A stretch of DNA of 64,000 nucleotides, taken from assembly GCA_951406725.2 (NCBI GenBank), contig OX597827.1, forward strand, positions 50,406,001-50,470,000, in the 5' to 3' direction. The notes beneath the pieces were generated by a model. That model saw nothing but the letters and a program-made list of their open reading frames with translations, was not told the origin of the DNA and made no database searches. Numbering within the stretch: position 1 is the stretch's first letter; each line of letters opens with the position of its first letter. Below are positions 55,079-64,000 of the stretch, one piece after another. The stretch is from Octopus vulgaris. Its lineage: Eukaryota. The position numbers and the translations under genes are program-made.

Positions 55079-56976
55079 TATATACATATTTACACATACA
55101 TTTCTACTCACACACAAAATGCATACAAACATGTATTTTAAGTTACGTTGTGTTCTTTATAAACATATACAGGCTGCTTCAGAAACCCAAATACCATATA
55201 TGTATGTTCTCTTTCACTTTTAATCATTTGAACGGTTCCTGTAATGAAGGAGCTGGATTCTAACAAAATATACAAAATTCCATTGCTGGAATGTAGATAA
55301 CAAACAAAATCACATTTGAGACTTGGGAAAAGCTTTGTATATTTTTACGGCTCTACTTACAGATTGTGTGTGTAAATTGTGAAATAGCTGATTAATTCTC
55401 TTCCTGAATACCCTAGCTTATCCAGGTTGTATGTATGTATGTATGTATGTATGTATGTATGTATGTGTGTATGTATGTATGCATGTATGTATGTATGCAT
55501 GCTTATATGTGTGCATGCATGTATGTATGCATGCTTATATGTGTGCATGCATGTATGTATGCATGCTTATATGCATGCATGTATGTATGTAAGTCACTGT
55601 TCAGTTTTATTTCAAGATTTCTTGCCAATAGAGAAAGAGCCGGTTTCTAACCTTGATTCAAAACTCTTTCAATGGAATTTCAACATCAATAACAAGGTAT
55701 TTTTGTTTGTATGTATATATATGTGCAAATTTGTATATTTTGTTTTATGCATGTATTCTCATGCATATAGTTGCATATCTAGACATGCTGATAATGGTAA
55801 AGTTCTGGAAAGTTTTACAGATCTTTACAGTTCCAGTGATGGACTGGATCTGTAGTCTTCGAATTAGCTTTCTCCTTTCTGATTTTAAGAAGCCTAATTT
55901 CTCAAGATCGCTATTTAGGCAGTGTGCTACATATCCCTATGTATGTATATATGTATATATGTATATATGTACGTATGTATGTATGTATGTACGTATGTAT
56001 GTATGTATGTATGTATGTATGTACGTATGTATGTATAAAAGTATATATGCATGTTTTTATATATGTGCGTATGTGTTCGTGTGTAAATGAATATATATGC
56101 CTATTAATATATGTTTACATGAATATATTGATATGTGTACCAAGAAAAGTATATAATAGTAGAGTGAAAAACCTCAAAACGGTCTCTGCAAACAGAATAA
56201 TGTGGCTTAAAATCTCACTATTAAAACCTAAAACTCTCTTAAAATCTATACCAGTTCTACTTCTAATTTCTAAAGAGAAATAATACATCGCTATTCAGTT
56301 TTTAAGGATACCCTAAAGAACTTGACATGCCTTACGGAATATATTTTCAGGTTGAAAGCTAAAACATTCTTTATGATTTGAAATGGTTCACTGTAAAATT
56401 TGCAAATTCTTAAAAAGATGGAAAGAAAATCAACCAGTTTTGTACACGTGAGAGTCTAGAAATTATTAACGCCGATTCAAATATTTCCTTAAATTCCAAA
56501 CATAAGATTATTTTGAACTCTAAATATTTATACTTCTTTCGAACTACTTTCTCTTTTTGAAATGTGAAAATGAAAAATTGTCTTCTCTTTTATAAGATAA
56601 ATGGTCATCAGGATCATTAATACAATACTAATATAATCAAAACGTGTTATAATTACAAAGGTTGTTGACTATCTTTTCAATTGATCAGTTGATTGATTAA
56701 CTTGAACCATGAATGTACTCTAAATATATATATAAAATGGATGTCAGACTACAATGCACAAATACATATATAAATCCCATTGTTTATGCCTCATATATAT
56801 ATATATATATATTCATCACACACAACATGGACAAAACTTCTTAAGAAAAAATATTTATTCAAATAAGTAAAACATAATATCATGAATAGCGATAGTGAAA
56901 CCGGTCGATATATTAAAGATTATATTAAAACTATCTAAGTGTGCGTATTTTCCTTTTTTAATTTCTTATATATATA

Positions 56977-57506
56977 CTAGCAGTATCGCCCGGCGTTGCT
57001 CGGGTTTGTAAGGGAAATAACTATATAAGCATTTTTAGTGAGTTATAGCAAAAAAATACCAAAAAAATGCTTAAAAATGGAATAAAAATGATGGTAATGT
57101 TGGTGTCTTCAAGCCATGAAGTCGTTGTTCTAAAAGAACGCTGGTCTCCTTGACAATACTTTACGACGTTGATTTCCTTACACTCCCTTCCCCACAGCTT
57201 CACGAGGGAGGGAAGAAGGGGGAGAAGCAAACAGGTGCAGGTGTGACCATGGACGCCAACTCCGCCGCCATCGACACACGGAAAATTATGCATAAAAATG
57301 GAATAAAAAATGATGTTAAATTATTTTTAAAATCGTAGACCCATCGTAGACGCGCGCTAATACCCAGAAGGGCTCGATATGAATCATGACTATAAGATAC
57401 CCGAATTTGGTTAAACTGTACCGCAAAATGTGGGAGTAGTTAGGAATCTAAATCGAAGGGGACAGACACTCACACAACTACAGTTTTATATATATAGATA
57501 TATAGA
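56977..57506 (-). mobile_element. Non-autonomous Helitron (left arm)
   Basis: TCTATAT... start; 3' hairpin cccgagcaacgccggg then ctgCTAG|T. Confidence 0.85.
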
Positions 57507-57632
57507 TATTTACAAGATAAGGGCAGAAGAAAAATTCTAATGCCAGATACGCCGAAACAAAAAATTTGTCGATAACCATTAAATTTATGCGTCTCGAGAT
57601 AAACCGATAGAAATCTCTAAAAAATTCGTTAT

Positions 57633-57692
57633 TACCGTATTGGTCTCAATTTCGGGGTTAATTCACAAGAAATTTTCCCCTCTTCAGCGGCA
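57633..57692 (-). ncRNA. Type I hammerhead ribozyme (family G)
   Basis: tgccg-CTGAAGA-gggg..cccc-GAAA-ttg-agac-caat-A-cggta. Confidence 0.85.
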
Positions 57693-57864
57693 CATACGCG
57701 AGATATAAATGAAATACTTATTCATACCCACGGAAGAAGCAAGCACCAAGTCCCGAGCAGACTTAAGTACCCCAAATATATCCAAATAGAAAAATCTTCG
57801 GCGCGCCTCGAGACACCCTTCTTCCGTGGGTATGAATAAGTATTTCATTTATATCTCGCGTATG

Positions 57865-57923
57865 TGCCGCTGAAGAGGGGAAAATTTCTTGTGAATTAAC
57901 CCCGAAATTGGACTAATACGGTA
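57865..57923 (+). ncRNA. Type I hammerhead ribozyme (family G)
   Basis: tgccg-CTGAAGA-gggg..cccc-GAAA-ttg-gac-taat-A-cggta. Confidence 0.82.
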
Positions 57924-58047
57924 ATAACGAATTTTTTAGAGATATCTATCAGTTTATTTCGAGACGAATAAATTTAATGGTTATCGACAAATTTTTTGTT
58001 TCGGCATATCTGGCATTAGAATTTTTCTTCTGCCTTTATCTTGTAAA

Positions 58048-58547
58048 TCTCTATATATAAAACTGTAGTTGTGTGAGTGTCTGTCCCCTTCGATTTAGAT
58101 TCCTAACTACTCCCACATTTTGCGGTGCAGTTTAACCAAATTCGCGTATCTTATAGTCGTGATTCATATCGAGCCCGTCTGAGTATTAGCGCGCGTCTAC
58201 GATGGGTCTACGATTTTAAAAATAATTTAACATCATTTTTTATTCCATTTTAATGCATAATTTTTCGTGTGTCGATGGCGGCGGAGTTGGCGTCCATGGT
58301 CACACCTGCACCTGTTTGCTTCTCCCTCGTGAAGCTGTGGGGAAGGGAGTGTAAGGAAATCAACGTCGTAAAGCGTTGTCAATGGAGACCAGCGTTCATT
58401 TAGAACAACGACTTCCTGGCTTGAAGACACCAAAACAGAAATGGCTAAGAAAGCCCGAATTGGCATCTATAAGGGAAGTAACTCTCTAAAAATGCTTATA
58501 AAGTTATTTCCCTTACAAACCCGAGCAACGCCGGGCGATACTGCTAG
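58048..58547 (+). mobile_element. Non-autonomous Helitron inserted at A|T inside the family G pseudo-LTR (57818-58635)
   Basis: A|TCTCTATATATAAA...hairpin...CTAG|T, no TSD; family G sequence resumes at 58548. Confidence 0.88.
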
Positions 58548-58648
58548 TTATGTATAAATTGTACCTTCAAAGGCATTTTTTGATATGCTGGCCATTGATA
58601 AACTTTTTTTCCCGAAAAAATTTTTATCCTATATCAATTATTATTATG

Positions 58649-58692
<44 letters not shown>

Positions 58693-58719
58693 CATACATA
58701 TATATATGCTAACACATTT

Positions 58720-59910
58720 ATTACGAACTGAATGCAGTGGTGTGAAAAAGTAAATCGCTAAAGGATTTCAAAGTATATAAAAGTTTAAAAAGTGCAGCGG
58801 AAAAATATCAGGGACATTGCGAAAACGTTACTGCTTCCAACACCTACAAGAAAAATACCCTGCAATACAGATTAAATCTAGTCAAGTGCTCAAGAATTTA
58901 CTCCGTTATTTACTCGGACCTTATTTTGTGATAGATTTTTTGCGATGCCTTAAATAGGACGACTGTGTAGGATGCATGGATGGAGGATCATGTCAAGAAG
59001 TAAGATGATATTTAAGAAAAGAAAACGGTCAAAATATTGTATGGCGATTTGCAGAAAGAGAAATGTGAAACTTCTAACGAAAAGCATTTTCAAGCTGCTT
59101 TAACTCTTTAGTATTTCCAACAAAGCATTACCCATTTTAGACTGCACCAAACCACCCAATGTGCTTGAATGTGATTTCTGATAACGTGTGCCATATACAT
59201 CTTCAAGAATACAACTCCTTTTCCCAAGCCAATGGATCAAGTTGTGATAGTTCGATTCGAAGCATATTATCTGAGAAGTTTCAAATAACTTATGAAAACA
59301 ATTCATAGGGAAGATAAACCCACTGTTAGATTTGTGAAAGAACAGATGTTGTGAATAACGTAGCTGAATTAATGGAATGAAGTGAAGCCCTCAGCTTTGA
59401 CTAGTGCCTGGAAAAAATCTATAAACGGTATCCGTTACTTCACAAGCTTTCGAATGGTTGAAAGTGGGAAAATATATCAAATTTGGAAAGATATTGTGAC
59501 ATTTGCAAATTATGTAGGGTTTGAAGAAATCAATAGTGGGTGATGTAGTTGAGTTGCTAGTATCCAGTAGAATAAGCTTATCTAAGAAGAAGCTGATACT
59601 TTGCAATAAGAGCAAGCTAACAAGACAGGAACTCCACGAACGCCACTTAAATTGACCGCAAAGAATATTTCAGAAGGGTTGACACTTACAAAGGGAGATT
59701 TGCAAGATTTTCTGATAAAAACTCTAATCATGAATGTAGCAAAAAATTGCAAGAGGAGTTTATGATGAACTCATTCCTACACAGATCTGTATAGGGATTA
59801 TGCGATATAAACCTTTAACAACTTTGGATAAATTCTTCACCAGTCAACCAGATGTTGTTGTTGATGATGATGGTGCTGATGGTGATGATGACGACGACGA
59901 CGACGACGAC

Positions 59911-59968
<58 letters not shown>

Positions 59969-60141
59969 GTGATGATGATGGTGATGATGATGATGATGAT
60001 GATGATGATGGTGATGATGACCTATTGCTATCTCTCATTGCACCGTCACTCCTCATATAGTAATCGGCATTCCGATAAAGCGATTCTTATTTATTCCGCT
60101 AACGTATTTATTTTCAAATGTTTTGCGGGGGAATTTCTGTA
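58720..60141 (+). mobile_element. Degraded pogo/Tigger transposon with internal (GAT/GAC)n at 59864-60020
   Basis: QPMDQVVI..HYYLR (cf. QPMDQGVI..KAYYLR); possible terminus ...gggaatttctg followed by TA. Confidence 0.65.
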
Positions 60142-60445
60142 TATATAAATCAAAATAAGCAACAGGATATCAAGTAGTGATGCAGCACGACCGTTTCAAG
60201 CAGTTCCATTTGATTGAACATTGCAATCATTACATCAATTTAAAGGCAGTTCCATCTTCAGCTGCACAAATAAATAGATAGAATTTTAACAAGTAGGACA
60301 CATTAATATAACTTTTCTCAAATATTTTAACAGTGCAAGAAGGAAGAAATTCATATTAAGCGTTTATTTGTTTGTAAGTGTAGGCACAGATCTCTCTCTC
60401 TCTCTCTCCCTCTCTCTCTTTCTTTCTCTGTCTTTCTCTTTGTCG

Positions 60446-60482
<37 letters not shown>

Positions 60483-60488
60483 GCGCGC

Positions 60489-60542
<54 letters not shown>

Positions 60543-60917
60543 TGCTTTCCTACATTTATTCTAAACTATTCTTCTTAAAGATCGTTTTCGCTGATTACAT
60601 GCAAGTCAGTCCTACTTGGATTTTAATTGTGCTCTTAATTATTACGGACTTATGTTTTTATGTTTATACGTCAGTTCTCTACATTGATAAAAATAATTGT
60701 ACCTAATAATAATACAGCCTATACATAAATACATGCACACCCACACAAACAAACACACAGATACGTGTGTGTACTGTTTTGTATGCAAAAGTATTACTTC
60801 TATATCATATTTAGATATGTGCGCGTGTGTGTGTGTGTGCGCGTGCATGTGTGCGTATATGCAATATTTAGTGTATTAAAATGTTATTTCTGAGTTGTAT
60901 TATGTATACTAGCAAAT

Positions 60918-61067
60918 TTATATTTCTTTACTACCCACAAGGGGCTAAATACAGAGGGGACAAACAAGGACAGACAAACGGATTAAGTCGATTACATCGA
61001 CCCCAGTACGTAACTGGTACTAAACTTATCGACCCAAGAAGGATGAAAGGCAAAGTCGACCTCGGCG
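60918..61067 (-). mobile_element. 5'-truncated SINE B
   Basis: 14-bp TSD gtatactagcaaat (60904-60917, 61068-61081). Confidence 0.9.
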
Positions 61068-62085
61068 GTATACTAGCAAATATAAGCCATCTACAATAGA
61101 GGCATAAAATGAAGGAGGGAAGTCATAACAGCGGTATGTATTGAGAAATGTGTAAACGGATTTGATAGATTACTGAGTGGTGTCTTAGAGAAATGACATT
61201 ATTGTTGGTGATACAGTATTCTATTGCAGCCATATGACATGTTTGTAACTAAGTGACCTGTGATGACGATTCACTCCCGAACTAACATAGGCTCCCAGCT
61301 TCTATATCATGAATGGTTATGTTGACCACTCCTAACGAAAGCCAGAGCTTTCTTCGACTACTACATAAAAGGTTTTAAGGAAAAATGTTGTTTAGATGTA
61401 CTTTTATTTTAGTTGTTTACCCTATTTTACGCTTGTTTATACTCTTATACATTCAAAGTTCACAAATTTCCTTATCTAAATTATGAATCATATTCCTTTC
61501 GATAATATCAATATCTTTATAGACGATATTTTTTGTTTGGCCGACACTAATTTTCAAATTACTGGAGGCAGTTGCTCTACTCATTGCAACGTATAACTGG
61601 TCGTGTGTAAACATCGGAGTGGGTGAAGATACACCTACACGATCTAAAGTATAGCCTTGTGCCTTGTTTGCTGTGAATGAGCGAGCGGTTGCAAAAAATC
61701 AAACAAACACCTACCTCTCACTGTTCTATACGAATAATGTCTGGCTGTTCTGGTACCATGGTTTATTTTGATTGGCAAAACTGAGATGTAAAATCCCGCT
61801 TGAGACTGATACACTTCAATAACCACTAAATAATCACACACGCTACATACTGACACACATTTTCCATTTTATCTTCGCTATTAACCGTCCTCGCGACCCC
61901 CTTCATATCAACGATGGAGCCACAAACTATGCAATGAAAATCCAGAGTTACACGTGGTCGGTGAATTTTTAATAAAAATGCGAAGGTGATTTATCAATTC
62001 AAAAATCGATATCCACGAAATAGCCATGCTTTCGCTGTGATAAAATAAAGTATAAACCAACTATTTGGGTCGGTATAATCGACTT

Positions 62086-62396
62086 GTGGAGGTGCAATGG
62101 CCCAGTGGTTAGGGTAGCGGACTTGCGGTTGTGGGATCGCGATTTCGATTCCCAGACCGGGCGTTGTGAGTGTTTATTGAGCGAAAACACCTAAAGCTCC
62201 ACAAGGCTCCGACAGGGCGTGGTGGGGATCCCTGCTGTACTCTTTCGCCACAACTTTCTCTCACTCTTTCTTCTGTTGGCTTGCTCGCTTAGCCAGCGGA
62301 GTGGCGTCATTTGAAGGCTAAAACAATGCGAAGCGCATTGTGACCAGCGATCTGTAGCAACATCTGATAGCCTGGTCGGTCACGGTGATCACAGTG
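62086..62396 (+). mobile_element. SINE D2, nested in a degraded SINE A
   Basis: tRNA head like 8204; perfect 11-bp TSD ataatcgactt (62075, 62397). Confidence 0.9.
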
Positions 62397-62449
62397 ATAA
62401 TCGACTTATCCCTTTCATTTACTTCGATTATATCAAAAACAGTGCATTT

Positions 62450-63095
62450 GATTGACAGAATCGTTAGGGCGATGGAAAAATTCCTTCGTGCTATTTTCGT
62501 ACAACTTTTTATGTTCTGTGTTCAAATCATGCTGAAGTCAGCTTTACTTTTCAGGATTGATAAAATAATGTCCCAGTCAAATATATTGATAACAGTGACT
62601 TAGCCCTCACCTGAAATACGCTGGTCTTGTGCTTAAATTAGAATCCATTATCTCCTGTTCATCTCTTAGTTTTCGCTTTATAAAGCGAATATTTTGATAT
62701 TTGTTGTGAGAATCGTTTATTGATTTTTTTAAAGCTAACCAAGAACCTGGTGGGTTGATTAATCATTTATTTCTTGTCCCATTCTGTACAGAGCTTATAA
62801 AAAAATTCTAGAAAGTTTTGTTTCAGAAAACAAATTTAAAAGAAGGCAGTGCCTTCAATGGCCAACTAGCTTGAGAGAGAGGTTAGAAGTGAGCATGCCT
62901 ATACTATCTCTTTATGATGGCTTTTCGTGCCGATATTTACAGTGAATAAAACAGCAAACTGGCAGAACCGTTAGCACACCGGGAAAAAGCTTAGCGGTAT
63001 TTCGAACGTCTTTACGTTCTGATTTCAAATTACGACGAGGTCTATAAAATAAATACGAGTTGAACACGGGAGTCGATGTAATCAACTACCTCTCC
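62450..63095 (+). mobile_element. Two degraded SINE A copies (about 62450-62650 and 62955-63095)
   Basis: cagaatcgttag and ctggcagaaccgttagcac heads with core remnants. Confidence 0.65.
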
Positions 63096-63241
63096 CGTTG
63101 GGTCACCAAGAAACTATGAGTTTCCCAGCAACGGAGTTTTGTTTCGTGGATTGTTTTTCTTTCCCATGTTATTTCGCATGCTTTCAAAGAAGGTGCCATT
63201 GAAATCACACGTAAACGGCTCCTTTCCCCAGAAAGGGAATG

Positions 63242-63351
63242 ATTTGGCTGCTATTTTTTGCACGCCCTGCTACCATGTAACAGGTATTTCGGGTCCTTTT
63301 CGCAAATAGCTGTTACATGATAGCAAGACGTGCTAGAAATTGCAGCCAAAT
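63242..63351. repeat. Short fold-back of family H sequence (about 48-bp arms)
   Basis: atttggctgcta..catgtaacaggtattt / aaatagctgttacatg..tgcagccaaat. Confidence 0.8.
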
Positions 63352-64000
63352 TTTTGGATGTGAGATATATAGAATGCACTTGAAAATAACCTATGGAAAA
63401 AAAAACTATTTCACACCGAGGTTAAGAACGGATCTTTTATGAAATATTTACAGTAGATTTATTTTCATTTTAACATATTTTTTTAATATGCCAAAAATTT
63501 TTGTATTGATATTCACTTGAAAATAATTTTAAAAAACATTAAAAGATTGTCTGTTTGAAGAAAGCTAAACTATAAATACTTACTGTACAAACAGCTTACA
63601 TTTTTGAAATCTCATTCACTTAAAAATATTTCTAAATGATAAAAATATTGTTTAACAAAAGCGAAAATAGAAGCATTTATTGTAAAAAAAATTCGTATTT
63701 ATTTTTGTTGTCAAGTCACTGTTTCTAACAGAAAGATAAGAGTTTCTTCCCTTTCAGGATTAAGTTTATTTTCGGAATATTTTTCTATTATGCACCGTTT
63801 TGGGTATTTATACCCGAAAACCTGAAATCTCTTTAAAACTACTTGTCCGATTTATGCGAAACTTGTTTTATTCCGTTCGTATTAACAATTCAGGGTCAAC
63901 TTAATTCATAGTATTTTCCCATTAGGGAAAATAGTATTTTCCCAGTTTGGCTGGGTAACATTGCAAGCAAGCAAGCAAGCAAGATTCAAACTAACTTTTA

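Larger units (their letters stand above)
56977..58547. repeat. Large imperfect palindrome: arms 56977-57739 and 57818-58547, 78-bp spacer
   Basis: Arms are reverse complements with scattered substitutions and two larger differences. Confidence 0.95.

Overview
AT-rich, microsatellite-dense eukaryotic DNA made up mostly of transposon remnants. The SINE families and overall repeat landscape suggest an octopus or other coleoid cephalopod (inference). I found no intact host gene and no intact transposon ORF; most long ORFs in the track are microsatellite artefacts. Identifiable contents are several mariner (DD34D) copies, a Chapaev3-type element with a TTA target duplication, a Tigger remnant, a hAT MITE, non-autonomous Helitrons, R4/Dong-, RTE- and Tx1-type LINE fragments, at least five tRNA-headed SINE types, and Penelope-like pseudo-LTRs in (TA)n tracts. 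Main points of interest: (1) about seven type-I hammerhead-ribozyme motifs in three sequence families, with compensatory stem changes between the 22.4 kb and 57.6/57.9 kb copies; (2) a 1.57-kb imperfect palindrome (56977-58547) of two outward-facing [hammerhead pLTR + Helitron] chimeras; (3) three SINE composites sharing the same nucleotide junction; (4) insertion families sorted by microsatellite type, (TAA)n versus (TA)n. Family names come from motif recognition by eye, not database searches, and boundaries of degraded elements are approximate.
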